Of a DNA stretch of 64,000 nt, positions 32,177 to 42,767 are shown in pieces (the first letter of the stretch is position 1; the number at the start of each line of letters is the position of its first letter). The translations under genes and the position numbers were made by a program. This DNA comes from a virus, in the IMG/VR virus record IMGVR_UViG_3300045970_000591, positions 59,383 through 123,382 of that record; one strand, written 5' to 3'. The notes beneath the pieces are model-generated. The model was not told the origin of the DNA and ran no database searches. It was given only the letters and a program-made list of their open reading frames with translations.

Positions 32177-34237
32177 ATGTCAATAAAAGTAAGCGGCAAC
32201 ACCATTTTGCCAGATTCTAATGGTAATGTAAGAGGTGAAGTTGCGATAGGGGTCGGCGTAGGATTGGCCACTAGTACAGGTACCAACAATCTTGCTATTG
32301 GTGTTGGTGCTTTGTGTAAGAATACCACCGGCATTAATAACTTCGCCCAAGGATACAAGGCGCTCGCCGCTAACACCACCGGCAATAATAACACCGCAAT
32401 AGGATGCCTGGCGCTCACCAATAACACCACCGGCTGCAATAACTTCGCCGTAGGATACGCGGCGCTACGCAACAACACCGGCGGTGTTAATAACACCGCA
32501 ATAGGGTGCTGGGCGCTCTACTGCAACACCACTGGAAACAATAACACCGCGATAGGATGCCAAGCGCTCAAGAGCAATGCCAGAGGCAATAATAATTTCG
32601 CCCAAGGATACAATGCGCTCTACGCCAACACCACCGGCAGCAATAACTTCGCTCAAGGATACTGGGCGCTCTGGGGCAACACCACAGGCAGTAATAACTT
32701 CGCCTCAGGAGCCTATGCGCTATGTGTCAACACCGGCGGCGATAATAATACAGCTCAAGGTTATAAGGCGCTTTACAGCAATACCACAGGCGCTAATAAT
32801 ATCGCTATTGGTTGCTGTGCTCTTTATGCGTCAAATTCAACTGGTTCTAATATAGCAATAGGTGCATCGGCTGGATCGGCTCTAGCTACGGGTGTCAATA
32901 ACACGATCATCGGAACGCTGCCTGCGGCCGCCGGGTGCGTATGTACGCTCCTCCTTGGTGCTGGTGCCTGTGAGCGGATAAGAGTAGATAATGGTGGTTT
33001 ATATGTAAATAATGCCGGCCCTTATCCTACATCAGCCAATCCTTCGTTGACTGCTACCTACAACAACCTGGCTATTGGTACAGGTGCACTGGCGTCTAAT
33101 ACAACGGGTGCAAATAACGTCGCAATTGGTATAGGCGCGTTGTGTAAAAATATTTATGGGAGTCACAACTTCGCCCAGGGATACAAGGCGCTCCAGAAAA
33201 ATACCACCGGCTGTAACAACTTCGCCCAAGGAAGCCAGGCGCTCACCGCTAACACCACCGGCTGTCATAACTTCGCCTCGGGCAACACGGCGCTCTTCAA
33301 CAACACCACCGGCAGTAATAACGTAGCAATAGGGTACAATGCGCTCAAAAATAACGCCGCCGGCAAGAATAACTTCGCCTCGGGATACGTGGCGCTCTAC
33401 AACAACACCGGCGGCTGTAATAACTTCGCCCAAGGATACTTTGCACTCTACAATAACACCACCGGATGTAATAACTTCGCCCAGGGATACCGGGCGCTCT
33501 ACGGCAACACCACCGGATGTGATAACTTCGCCTCGGGATACGTGGCGCTCTTGTGCAACACCTACGGCTGTAACAATTTCGCCTCAGGCTGCATGGCGCT
33601 CTACAGAAACACCACCGGCAGTAATAACTTCGCCCAAGGATACCGGGCCCTCTTCGGCAACACCACCGGCAATAATAACACCGCAATAGGATGCTGGGCA
33701 CTCTACGGCAACACCTACGGCTGTAATAATATTGCTATTGGTCAATGTGCTGGATACGGAGTTAATGGTGGATCAAATAATATCCTTTTAGGTTGTAATG
33801 CTCAGCCGTTAGCCGCAGGCGACTCTAACACTATTACATTAGGTGACGCCAATATTACAGCTATACGCGCTCAAGTAACGTCTATTACTGCGTTATCTGA
33901 TGCCCGTGATAAGAAAGATATTGTTGATATTCCACTTGGACTTGACTTCATTAATCAAATCCGGCCAGTGAAGTTCACATGGAATATGCGAGATGGAAGC
34001 AAGGTAGGCCAAGGCTACGCTGGCTTCATTGCCCAGGAACTCAAACAAGTAATGGATTATCATCAAGTCAAAGATTGGCTTGAACTTGTTATTAGTAATG
34101 AAGACGAGTCGCGTTATGAAGCCGCACCGGGCAAACTATTACCTATCATTGTCAAAGCAATCCAAGATTTGTCTAAAGCAAACGACTCATTAAAGGCTCG
34201 TGTAGCAGTGTTAGAAGACATAAATAGAAGCACTTAA
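32177..34237 (+). CDS. Tail fibre/spike with 14-aa repeats and S74 chaperone (paralog 3)
   Basis: Many GCNNFAQGY.AL..NTT repeats; near-identical chaperone. Confidence 0.85.
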   Translation: MSIKVSGNTILPDSNGNVRGEVAIGVGVGLATSTGTNNLAIGVGALCKNTTGINNFAQGYKALAANTTGNNNTAIGCLALTNNTTGCNNFAVGYAALRNNTGGVNNTAIGCWALYCNTTGNNNTAIGCQALKSNARGNNNFAQGYNALYANTTGSNNFAQGYWALWGNTTGSNNFASGAYALCVNTGGDNNTAQGYKALYSNTTGANNIAIGCCALYASNSTGSNIAIGASAGSALATGVNNTIIGTLPAAAGCVCTLLLGAGACERIRVDNGGLYVNNAGPYPTSANPSLTATYNNLAIGTGALASNTTGANNVAIGIGALCKNIYGSHNFAQGYKALQKNTTGCNNFAQGSQALTANTTGCHNFASGNTALFNNTTGSNNVAIGYNALKNNAAGKNNFASGYVALYNNTGGCNNFAQGYFALYNNTTGCNNFAQGYRALYGNTTGCDNFASGYVALLCNTYGCNNFASGCMALYRNTTGSNNFAQGYRALFGNTTGNNNTAIGCWALYGNTYGCNNIAIGQCAGYGVNGGSNNILLGCNAQPLAAGDSNTITLGDANITAIRAQVTSITALSDARDKKDIVDIPLGLDFINQIRPVKFTWNMRDGSKVGQGYAGFIAQELKQVMDYHQVKDWLELVISNEDESRYEAAPGKLLPIIVKAIQDLSKANDSLKARVAVLEDINRST

Positions 34238-34247
34238 CACTTCTTAT

Positions 34248-35141
34248 ATGCAACCACGGGGCGGGACAGAGTTACTTTACAGTAACTTATTAAAATATTG
34301 CGGAACAGATTGGCAGAAAGATAAAAACCTTATTTTATCTTTCTGTAATCCTACCTTAATACATCCGACTAAAACTAATATAGTGTGGCAGCATCTTATG
34401 CACGATCAGGGTGCTATAGCAGGGATGTATCAACCAGAGTTTATAGATAGTGTTGATAAGTTTGTATATGTTAGCAACTGGCAGTTAGGCCAGTTTAGGA
34501 ATAAGTTTAACATTGCTAATGCAAATAACATAGTAATAAAGAATGCGATAGATCCTATCTCCTACAAGGAAAAGCCAAAGGGAAAACTAAGACTCATTTA
34601 CACATCAATGCCAAATCGCGGATTAGATATTTTATTAGATGCATTTGCACTGGTAGATAGAGATGTTGAACTTAGCATTTACTCATCAAATATAATATAT
34701 GGTAAAAGTTATAGTGATGCGGTAGGTAATAGAGATAGCCTATTATTTGCTCGTGCGCGTTCTATGAAAAATGTGTTATACAAGGGGTTTGTATTGAATA
34801 AAGTTGTTAGATCGGCATTGCAAGATGCACACATATTAGCATATCCAAGCACATATAAGGAAACAAGTTGTATAGCTGCTATAGAGGCAGGTGCGGCAGG
34901 ATGCAGGATTGTAACAACAGATTTAGGCGCATTACCAGAAACTTGCAACCAATACGCACATTATGTTAAACATACAGTAGATAGGCAAACCTTGGTAGAA
35001 AACTACGCTACGGCACTCATTGAAAACATTGACAACTATTATGAAAACAGCTATACTTTAGAAAATCAATCAGCCTGGTTCAACAAACAGTATTCCTGGG
35101 AAAATCGTAGTAAAGAATGGACTCAGTTTCTAAATGCATAA
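34248..35141 (+). CDS. GT4 (GT-B) glycosyltransferase
   Basis: LIYTSMPNRGL, YPSTYKETSCIAAIEAGAAGC..VTTDLGALPE. Confidence 0.85.
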   Translation: MQPRGGTELLYSNLLKYCGTDWQKDKNLILSFCNPTLIHPTKTNIVWQHLMHDQGAIAGMYQPEFIDSVDKFVYVSNWQLGQFRNKFNIANANNIVIKNAIDPISYKEKPKGKLRLIYTSMPNRGLDILLDAFALVDRDVELSIYSSNIIYGKSYSDAVGNRDSLLFARARSMKNVLYKGFVLNKVVRSALQDAHILAYPSTYKETSCIAAIEAGAAGCRIVTTDLGALPETCNQYAHYVKHTVDRQTLVENYATALIENIDNYYENSYTLENQSAWFNKQYSWENRSKEWTQFLNA

Positions 35142-35778
35142 AATAAGTTATCACTCTATACAGCACAGAATGGATTATGTGTTGCACAAAATAAATACTG
35201 CTCGACAACTAAATCCAGACTACAGAGTAATAGACATAGGTGGAACAGCAGGAACAGGATGGTCAGCAGGCGTCGCTAATACGATTATAGATATAAATGC
35301 AGAAGATACAGAAACTTCTATGAAGATAGATATATGTAATCCGTTAGACTGGGAACGGGTTAAGTGTATGATAGATGTGTTTGGACTGTATGATTATGCC
35401 ATTTGCACTCACACCCTCGAAGACATATATAATCCTATAGTGACATTAAAGATGCTTCCTTTTATCGCAAAGGAAGGTATAATAACAATGCCGAGCCTGC
35501 GAACAGAACTAAGCAATGTTGAAAGTTCTTTCTGGTTAGGGTATATACATCATAGATGGATGTTTGACCAAGTTAACGGGGTGATGCTTATTATACCTAA
35601 GATAGGTATGTTAGAATCTTTAGCAGCAAATAAAATACAATATAAGCAAGATGTTGAGGAAATATGGTTTGAATGGAAATGGTCTCCCGGATATAAACTG
35701 TTTATGGATAACTATCTCGGCCCTGATTCTAAAACAGTAGTAAGAGAATATAGCAAACTAATAGATGGTATAATATGA
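35134..35778 (+). CDS. SAM-dependent methyltransferase-like protein
   Basis: VIDIGG and DYAICTHTLEDIYNP motifs. Confidence 0.6.
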   Translation: MHKISYHSIQHRMDYVLHKINTARQLNPDYRVIDIGGTAGTGWSAGVANTIIDINAEDTETSMKIDICNPLDWERVKCMIDVFGLYDYAICTHTLEDIYNPIVTLKMLPFIAKEGIITMPSLRTELSNVESSFWLGYIHHRWMFDQVNGVMLIIPKIGMLESLAANKIQYKQDVEEIWFEWKWSPGYKLFMDNYLGPDSKTVVREYSKLIDGII

Positions 35779-36458
35779 GAAAAGTTTTAATAGGTTCCCC
35801 TTCATATAACGGTCAGCTTGATGTTTGGTATGTGAATAGCTTGTGCAACACAATAAAAATGAGTAAAGAGCACGATGTAGAAATCATACCTATGTGGGTA
35901 TCATTTGACGCATTGTTGCAACGAGCAAGAAACGATACTATTCAACTTGCATTAGAAACGGGGTGTGATGATATTATTTTTATTGACACAGATATAGAAT
36001 GGCAACCCGAATGGTTTTTTAAGTTATTGGAGTATGATGTTGATGTTGTTGGTGGAACATATCCTAAGAAGGGCGATAAGGAAGAATATGTTATTAGGCA
36101 ACTACAAAGAAAACCTGCCAATGCGGATGGGTTAATAGAAGTAGATGGATTAGGAACCGGGTTTGTTAGACTGTCTAACAAAGCTATGCAATATCTATGG
36201 GACACAAGTGCAAAATACATAGATCCAAAAGATAATAAAGAACGCAGGATGATTTTCGATGTTGTTGTGCAAAACGAAAGTTTAGTAAGCGAAGATATTC
36301 ATATGTTTAATAAACTTGCAGCAGGCGGATTTAAAGTATATTTAGATCCTACAATGACTTGCAATCACACCGGACCAAAGAAGTTTACTGGTAGCTTTGA
36401 GAACTGGTATAACAAATCACCTATTAAAAATATTATAAAACCTACCAGACAACTATGA
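35775..36458 (+). CDS. GT-A fold glycosyltransferase
   Basis: VLIGSPSY, RARND, FIDTDI, GTGF, SEDIHM. Confidence 0.75.
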   Translation: MRKVLIGSPSYNGQLDVWYVNSLCNTIKMSKEHDVEIIPMWVSFDALLQRARNDTIQLALETGCDDIIFIDTDIEWQPEWFFKLLEYDVDVVGGTYPKKGDKEEYVIRQLQRKPANADGLIEVDGLGTGFVRLSNKAMQYLWDTSAKYIDPKDNKERRMIFDVVVQNESLVSEDIHMFNKLAAGGFKVYLDPTMTCNHTGPKKFTGSFENWYNKSPIKNIIKPTRQL

Positions 36459-36919
36459 TAATACCTATTATTAGCGAAGATAGATCTTGTAACGGATGCA
36501 CCGCTTGTTGCGATGGATGGGCAACCGGGATAGCTCATGGGCATAAGTTTTATCCGGGTAGAAAATGTCATTATGTATCTACAACAGGTTGCACCATATA
36601 TGATCAGCGTCCTAAAGAACCATGTAAAACATTTAAGTGTATGTGGCTAACAAATAAAACTATACCCGAATGGATGAAGCCAAACTTAGTAAATGCAATA
36701 TTAGTGGCAGAAGAAATAAAAGGCATGAAGTATGTGACTGTTAAAGAAACAGGTAAGAAGTTAGACTCTACTGTGTTATCTTGGGTAATACTTGCAAGAC
36801 AGGAAGGGTTGCTCGGTAATGTAAGATATGAGATCGACGGTGGCTGGAACTTTATAGGCACGCCCGAGTTTTTAAGTGTAATGAGCGGTGCTAAAGCCCC
36901 TCAAGAAAAGCAACTATGA
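36455..36919 (+). CDS. YkgJ-like CxxCxxCC cysteine-cluster protein
   Basis: CNGCTACC...C...CTIYDQRP..C..F.C.W. Confidence 0.7.
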   Translation: MIIPIISEDRSCNGCTACCDGWATGIAHGHKFYPGRKCHYVSTTGCTIYDQRPKEPCKTFKCMWLTNKTIPEWMKPNLVNAILVAEEIKGMKYVTVKETGKKLDSTVLSWVILARQEGLLGNVRYEIDGGWNFIGTPEFLSVMSGAKAPQEKQL

Positions 36920-37710
36920 CAAACTTTATTATGTTGTCGGGTATTCCGCGCTCAGGATCACAGGTATTAGCATCTATGCTAAACCAGCACCCAATGATAC
37001 ATGCATCAACTACATCGCCTGTAGTGGATTTGCTCGATATTATACATAAAGAATGGCCGAGATTATCATCGGCATTGTTAAATCAGCCACCTACGCAGTA
37101 TAATAATATTATTGCGGGAATGATAACCGGCGCATATGGTCATATAGATAAACAAGTTATTGTTGATAAAAACAGAATATGGCCACGATACGGTAAAATG
37201 ATGGGAGAAGTGTTAGGGCATCGTCCAAAGATTATATGCACTGTTAGACATATTCCGGAAGTATTAGCATCATACATATTATTGATAGAAAAGAATAATC
37301 ATAAGATTACATATATTGATCAGGATATAATAGATCTCGGCTTACCCATCAACAATAAGAATAGATGCAAAATACTATGGGAGAAGTATATAAGCGCACC
37401 ATACACAAGTTTAAGGGTTGGATATAATAGTAATGCCGCTGACTTGTGTATAGTGAGATACGCAGACATTGTAGATAATAGTCAGGTAACAATGGACAGG
37501 ATAACACAGTTTATAGGAATAGAATCCCATACAGTGGATCAACATAATCTACAGGCAATGGATGAAAACGATAGTTATCACGGCGGATTAGAGGGATTAC
37601 ATAATGTCAGACAAGAAATGAAAAGAGTAAGCCCACCACCGGTTGATGTAATAGGGCATGAACTGACTAAACTATATACAGATATGAAACTGGATTTTTG
37701 GAACAAATGA
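36916..37710 (+). CDS. Sulfotransferase
   Basis: SGIPRSGSQVLASMLNQHP, DKNR.W, VRYADIV. Confidence 0.85.
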   Translation: MTNFIMLSGIPRSGSQVLASMLNQHPMIHASTTSPVVDLLDIIHKEWPRLSSALLNQPPTQYNNIIAGMITGAYGHIDKQVIVDKNRIWPRYGKMMGEVLGHRPKIICTVRHIPEVLASYILLIEKNNHKITYIDQDIIDLGLPINNKNRCKILWEKYISAPYTSLRVGYNSNAADLCIVRYADIVDNSQVTMDRITQFIGIESHTVDQHNLQAMDENDSYHGGLEGLHNVRQEMKRVSPPPVDVIGHELTKLYTDMKLDFWNK

Positions 37711-38354
37711 TAATAGAACCGTTTTCTCGCAGATTTGGTGTTTTAAAGAACAACAATAATCATATCCAATATGTATTAGATATTGGTGCATATCGTGGTG
37801 ACTTTACACAGACAGTAAAAACTATATGGCCGTCTGCTATAGTGCGACAAATAGAAGCGGATGAAAGACAGTTACCTTGGCTGCAAGATAACGCAATAAT
37901 AGCATTATTGGGTGACACAGAACTCCCTGCAGTAGACTTCTATACACTGTCTGATGATAAAATAACAACAGGTAGTTCTATCTATAGGGAACTAACGCCT
38001 CACTATACATCATCCAGCACTGTTGTTATACAGAAGTCGATGACCACACTTGATATCTTAGATGCTAAACATAACTTCTTCGGTAACTGGAAAGACTACG
38101 GATTAGTAAAAATAGATACACAGGGATCGGAACTTATTATATTAGCAGGGGCAAAAACTTTCCTGGCAACAAAGCAGCCAAAATATATTTTGTTGGAATG
38201 CTCTGTGCAACAATATAATAAAGGTGCCCCATCATTTAATGTTATAATAGAAACATTAGCCGGATTAGGCTATGGTATGAAAGATATATTTGACTTATCT
38301 TATGACGGTAATCATGCTTTATTGCAGACCGACATATTGTTTGAAAGATTATAA
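37698..38354 (+). CDS. FkbM-family methyltransferase
   Basis: VLDIGAYRGDF, TTLD, KIDTQGSEL. Confidence 0.85.
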   Translation: MEQMIIEPFSRRFGVLKNNNNHIQYVLDIGAYRGDFTQTVKTIWPSAIVRQIEADERQLPWLQDNAIIALLGDTELPAVDFYTLSDDKITTGSSIYRELTPHYTSSSTVVIQKSMTTLDILDAKHNFFGNWKDYGLVKIDTQGSELIILAGAKTFLATKQPKYILLECSVQQYNKGAPSFNVIIETLAGLGYGMKDIFDLSYDGNHALLQTDILFERL

Positions 38355-38387
38355 CAGTATATAAATACACTACTTAAAAAGGGTAAT

Positions 38388-39317
38388 ATGAAGAAAATAT
38401 TTTTTATTGATGGCGGTGCTGGTCGTGTAGTGGCGGCAATTCCTGCTTTGTTAAAATACGATAGGTTAAATCCGGGCGGTGATTGGGCAGTGTTGGTAGC
38501 AGCGTGGGACTATTTGTTTTGGGGCATACCTGAACTGCAAGATAGAACATACGGGTTGGATACAAAGGGTCTATTTGATAATGTTGTAAAAAATGCAGAT
38601 CAACTTATTACACCAGAACCGTATAGAAATCCTGCATATTTTAAACAAGAGATTTCTCTTGTGCAAGCATTTGATAGGGAAATAAACAACACAACTGATC
38701 ACAGTGATTTAGGTATTCCTAAAATGGTGTTTAATAGGCAAGAACAGCTGGTTGCTGCCAACACCTTGCGTGATCTAAAAGGTATTCAGAAGAAACAAAA
38801 GACTGTTATATTTCAACCGTTTGGTCGCGGTGCAAAACTTGATAAAGAAACAGTGATTGATGAAGAGTCGCGCAGCCTTAGTCAAAAGGACTATATTACA
38901 TTAGTAAAGAAGTTGGCATTAAGATACAACATGATTTTCTTTGGTGAACCAGAGTTTCAACTTAAGGAAGATACTTATTCGGCAAAATATACCTGCGATT
39001 TAAGACAATGGGGTGCATTGATACAAGCAGCAGATTACTTTGTTGGCTGTGATAGTGTAGGCCAGCACATGGCACGCGCAGTAGGAACACCTGGCACAGT
39101 TATATTTGGCTCTACCTATCCGTTGAATACATCCTATCCTGATTATTTTCAGATATTAGATAAGGCAGGTAATAAGAAGTATGCACCTATACGGATTGCA
39201 GGACTTGATGTTTCTTTAGCCAACAGATTAAATGAATCCTTTATGACATTTACAGATAAAGAACTAAACGATATGTATATAGCCATAGCAAATGATATTG
39301 ATAGGAAAACAAAATAA
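38388..39317 (+). CDS. GT9-like glycosyltransferase
   Basis: GGAGRVVAAIPAL, IFQPFG, FVGCDSVGQHMARAVGTPGTVIFG. Confidence 0.7.
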   Translation: MKKIFFIDGGAGRVVAAIPALLKYDRLNPGGDWAVLVAAWDYLFWGIPELQDRTYGLDTKGLFDNVVKNADQLITPEPYRNPAYFKQEISLVQAFDREINNTTDHSDLGIPKMVFNRQEQLVAANTLRDLKGIQKKQKTVIFQPFGRGAKLDKETVIDEESRSLSQKDYITLVKKLALRYNMIFFGEPEFQLKEDTYSAKYTCDLRQWGALIQAADYFVGCDSVGQHMARAVGTPGTVIFGSTYPLNTSYPDYFQILDKAGNKKYAPIRIAGLDVSLANRLNESFMTFTDKELNDMYIAIANDIDRKTK

Positions 39318-41017
39318 TGTACTCAGTTCTTGGAATAAATCCCTCACATAATGGATCAGCAGCATTAGTTGTTGATGGCGAACTTTTATTTTACGCGGAA
39401 GAAGAACGGTTTAGTCGTTCTAAGTATGACGGCAATCCGTTTCGTGCTATGTTGCACGTATTGGTAAATCATACAGTTGATGAGCTCGTAATAGGCGGCA
39501 CAGATATGCAGTTTGCAACATTACCGTGGACAGGAGAGGACGCATATACTGCCCTTGTTAGAAAGTTCAACCCAAATGTAAAAGTCACTCGCTTAGGGAA
39601 CCTACACCATTTAGGTCACGCCACAACCGCATTTTATGGTTCGGGCTTTGATACAGCAGCAGCAGTTATAGTAGATGGTGCAGGATCAATCCATAAAGAA
39701 CAGGTGGGTGAAAATGGACCTACAGTAGCAGGATATGAAACAGAAACAATATATCAATGCGCCTATCCACACGAGTTTAATGCAGTGTATAAAAGGTATT
39801 CCGATGGCGGCCAAGGTATGCACTACGATAATGGCATCCAGGAGTTTGATAGTTCTGTAACTATTACAAAAGCATACGAAGCGGTAACTGATTATTTAGG
39901 CTTTGGGTTTATCGAGGCAGGTAAAACAATGGGATTGGCGCCGTACGGGAAGGCAGATCCTAACCTTCCACCGTTCTTTATACATGGTAAAGGCAATAAG
40001 AATCTATTGATGCCATTTTACCCTGCAGGTGCCCGTATCGACGAAGACAGATTTCCTTATCTAAAGAGATTCGCAGACCAGCGTGCATGGCATAACGATT
40101 TCAGTTTAGTGCGCGATCAAGATAAAAACTTGGCGTATGCGATTCAACAGGAAGCAGAGTATCAGGTTATGACACTGATACAGAAAGCGATAGATATTAC
40201 AGGTGAAACAAATATTGTTATATCTGGCGGCTTCGGATTAAACTGTGTAGCCAACTATAAGTTTATAAAACAGTTTCCTAACATTAAGTTTTATATCGAC
40301 CCTATTGCACATGATGGCGGAACATCAATAGGATTGGCTCAGTATGTTTGGCGCCAAAAATCAACAGATACAGTTGTTCGTCCGCTAAAATCTGTATATT
40401 TAAGTGCTCCACCGAACTATGATCAACTTAATATGGCACAGCAATCTACAGAAAACTTAGTTGTAGAAGATACGACAGTCGATGCTATTGTTGATTTAAT
40501 CGATCAAGGAAATATTGTTGCACTATTTCAGGGATCGGCAGAAGGTGGACCGCGAGCATTGGGTAATAGAAGCATTTTATTTGACCCTCGACGCGCCGAT
40601 GGTAAAGATATTGTGAACGGTGTGAAACACCGTGAGTGGTTTAGACCATTTGCAGGAACTGTGTTGAAAGAATATGCAGCAGAATGGTTTGAAATGGCTG
40701 GCTTAGAAGAATCCCCGTTCATGATGTATGCGGTAGATGTAAAGGCAGATAAGGTTGATTTGATACCTGCCGTTACGCACGTTGATAATACTTGCCGCGT
40801 GCAGACTGTTACTAAAGAACAGAATGAAAAATATTATGAACTGATTAGCGCATTTTATTATAAAACTGGTGTGCCTGTGTTGTTTAATACAAGCTTCAAC
40901 TTGGCTGGCCAGCCACTTGTTGATTCTGTGTTTGATGCGTTAGTGACATTGTTTAACAGCGATATAAAATACATCTATATGCCCGATATTGGCAAACTGG
41001 TAACAAAGAATGTCTAA
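39317..41017 (+). CDS. O-carbamoyltransferase (NodU/CmcH family)
   Basis: SHNGSAAL, EEERFSRSK, HHLGHA, DGAG, GKTMGLAPYG, GPRALGNRS, RPFAG, VDNTCRVQTV, NTSFN. Confidence 0.92.
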   Translation: MYSVLGINPSHNGSAALVVDGELLFYAEEERFSRSKYDGNPFRAMLHVLVNHTVDELVIGGTDMQFATLPWTGEDAYTALVRKFNPNVKVTRLGNLHHLGHATTAFYGSGFDTAAAVIVDGAGSIHKEQVGENGPTVAGYETETIYQCAYPHEFNAVYKRYSDGGQGMHYDNGIQEFDSSVTITKAYEAVTDYLGFGFIEAGKTMGLAPYGKADPNLPPFFIHGKGNKNLLMPFYPAGARIDEDRFPYLKRFADQRAWHNDFSLVRDQDKNLAYAIQQEAEYQVMTLIQKAIDITGETNIVISGGFGLNCVANYKFIKQFPNIKFYIDPIAHDGGTSIGLAQYVWRQKSTDTVVRPLKSVYLSAPPNYDQLNMAQQSTENLVVEDTTVDAIVDLIDQGNIVALFQGSAEGGPRALGNRSILFDPRRADGKDIVNGVKHREWFRPFAGTVLKEYAAEWFEMAGLEESPFMMYAVDVKADKVDLIPAVTHVDNTCRVQTVTKEQNEKYYELISAFYYKTGVPVLFNTSFNLAGQPLVDSVFDALVTLFNSDIKYIYMPDIGKLVTKNV

Positions 41018-41891
41018 GACCTATAACTTCATTTCCGGGTTGCCGCGTTCCGGCACTACTTTATTAAGCACTATACTAAATCAGAATCCCAGATTTAGTG
41101 CAGGCATCAGTGATCCACTGGAAATGTATGTAAACAGTGTAATAAAAGACACAAGCACAGCAGTGGGTATGGAGGCAGCAGTTTCTATTCCTAAACGTAG
41201 AGAGATTATAAAAGGATTATTTGATAGCTTTTACAGCGACAGCAACGAGGTGTGTTTCAATACAAACCGCGGCTGGTCAGCAAATACAGCATTATTAGGT
41301 AATCTATTTCCTAACTTCAAAATGATTGTATGTCTTAGGGATATTCCGTGGATCTTGGATTCTTTCGAGCAACTTAATGCTAAAAACCCATATACTGTGA
41401 AGCCCTTATATCACCATCAGCTTCTCGCTACTGTATATGAGCGATGCGGCATGTTGATGGGAAATATGCCGAATTTCGGTGGATATGTAGCTGGGCCGCT
41501 TGCTAATGTTAAGCAGTCTATGTTCAGCAATGAGCGGCAACATATATGTTATGTAGAGTATGACACATTGGTCACTGATCCTACCTCAACAATGAAACAG
41601 CTTTATGCGTTTCTTAACGAGCCATATTTCGAACATGATTTTAATAACGTAGAGGCATCCTATGATGAGTTTGATGAACAAACTAAAATAATAGGACTGC
41701 ACAAGGTTAGACAGAAGGTAGAGTTTAGGCAACGGAACTCGATCTTACCATCCGATCTTTACCAACAATATGCACAATCGAGTTTTTGGAAATATAACTT
41801 CGACCAATCAAAGAAGCTATTAAACTGGATACAACCTAATAAGACGATAAATACTGCTAAACCTGCACCTAATATTAGCAGACAACTTTAA
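41010..41891 (+). CDS. Sulfotransferase
   Basis: SGLPRSGTTLLSTILNQNP, VEYDTLV. Confidence 0.85.
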   Translation: MSKTYNFISGLPRSGTTLLSTILNQNPRFSAGISDPLEMYVNSVIKDTSTAVGMEAAVSIPKRREIIKGLFDSFYSDSNEVCFNTNRGWSANTALLGNLFPNFKMIVCLRDIPWILDSFEQLNAKNPYTVKPLYHHQLLATVYERCGMLMGNMPNFGGYVAGPLANVKQSMFSNERQHICYVEYDTLVTDPTSTMKQLYAFLNEPYFEHDFNNVEASYDEFDEQTKIIGLHKVRQKVEFRQRNSILPSDLYQQYAQSSFWKYNFDQSKKLLNWIQPNKTINTAKPAPNISRQL

Positions 41892-41900
41892 GGAACGAAA

Positions 41901-42545
41901 ATGAGTAAATATATTGAAACAGCACTAAGCGCAGCCGCATACCAACGTTGCAAGAAAATAACAATCTATAATCCGTATATGGGTGTGCCAACCGTTCAGT
42001 TTGAAGAAGAGATGATTATTAAGCGTGCAGATGGTTCTGCATTGCACGATAACCTAAGCACAATGACAAAGCTGATTAATAACTATAGCGAGACATTTCC
42101 TATCTACAATCCTGTCACACAAGCAAAAACTGGTGCCACAGGAACAGTAGCTCAACTTTATGCAATGATTTGGTCTGTGTATATGAACGAAGCAGTTTAT
42201 CGTGATGCACATTTAGCAAAAGTTGCAGTGCTTGATGCCTTCCAAGTTCAAGACCGTGCTAATAAAGTTGCGGCAGACGCAGCAGTTGCTCTTATTTGGG
42301 CTAACTTTACCACAGCTGACGCCGCAGCCCTTGTTACTGCTACAGCACTCGCTGATACAATGGCAACACCGGAAGAAAAGGCTGTTGTCATGGCAGATTA
42401 CGAAGCAGCAAAAGCAACAGCATATACAGCAGCATCTGATGCAGCAGCGTTAGTAGTTACTAACTATGATGCAGCTAAGGTAGCAGCAGAAGCTCAATCA
42501 GTGATTGATGCCCAAGCAGCTTACGATGCAGTATTAGCAGCCTAA
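41901..42545 (+). CDS. Hypothetical protein with Ala-rich coiled C-terminus
   Basis: SD AAGGA; biased codon use. Confidence 0.65.
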   Translation: MSKYIETALSAAAYQRCKKITIYNPYMGVPTVQFEEEMIIKRADGSALHDNLSTMTKLINNYSETFPIYNPVTQAKTGATGTVAQLYAMIWSVYMNEAVYRDAHLAKVAVLDAFQVQDRANKVAADAAVALIWANFTTADAAALVTATALADTMATPEEKAVVMADYEAAKATAYTAASDAAALVVTNYDAAKVAAEAQSVIDAQAAYDAVLAA

Positions 42546-42550
42546 ACCGG

Positions 42551-42767
42551 TTGACACTAATGTGATATGATGTTACATTAGTGGCTTACAAGCAGTGTTT
42601 TATGGTGATGCTAGTTAAATGCTTTAAAGGCAACCGAAACGAAGTGGTTGACACCTATCTAAAACGCTGTTATAATGTAGAATGATAAATAAAAGTGTAG
42701 CAAAATATACTCGTCTCTAAGAAGATTACTTGAATAACTTGACGGGTTACTATATGTGTGTTAAACT
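42551..42767 (+). promoter_or_regulatory. Cluster of sigma70-type promoters heading the RNA array
   Basis: TTGACA-17-TACATT (42551), TTGACA-17-TATAAT (42648), TTGACG-17-TAAACT (42739). Confidence 0.75.

Noticed and set aside
11506-33701. Antisense and alternate-frame ORFs within fibre genes
   Set aside because: Produced by stop-poor repeats; no starts, SD or motifs
32177-34237. Diversity-generating retroelement target
   Set aside because: No reverse transcriptase or template/variable repeat pair with adenine-only differences seen in this window
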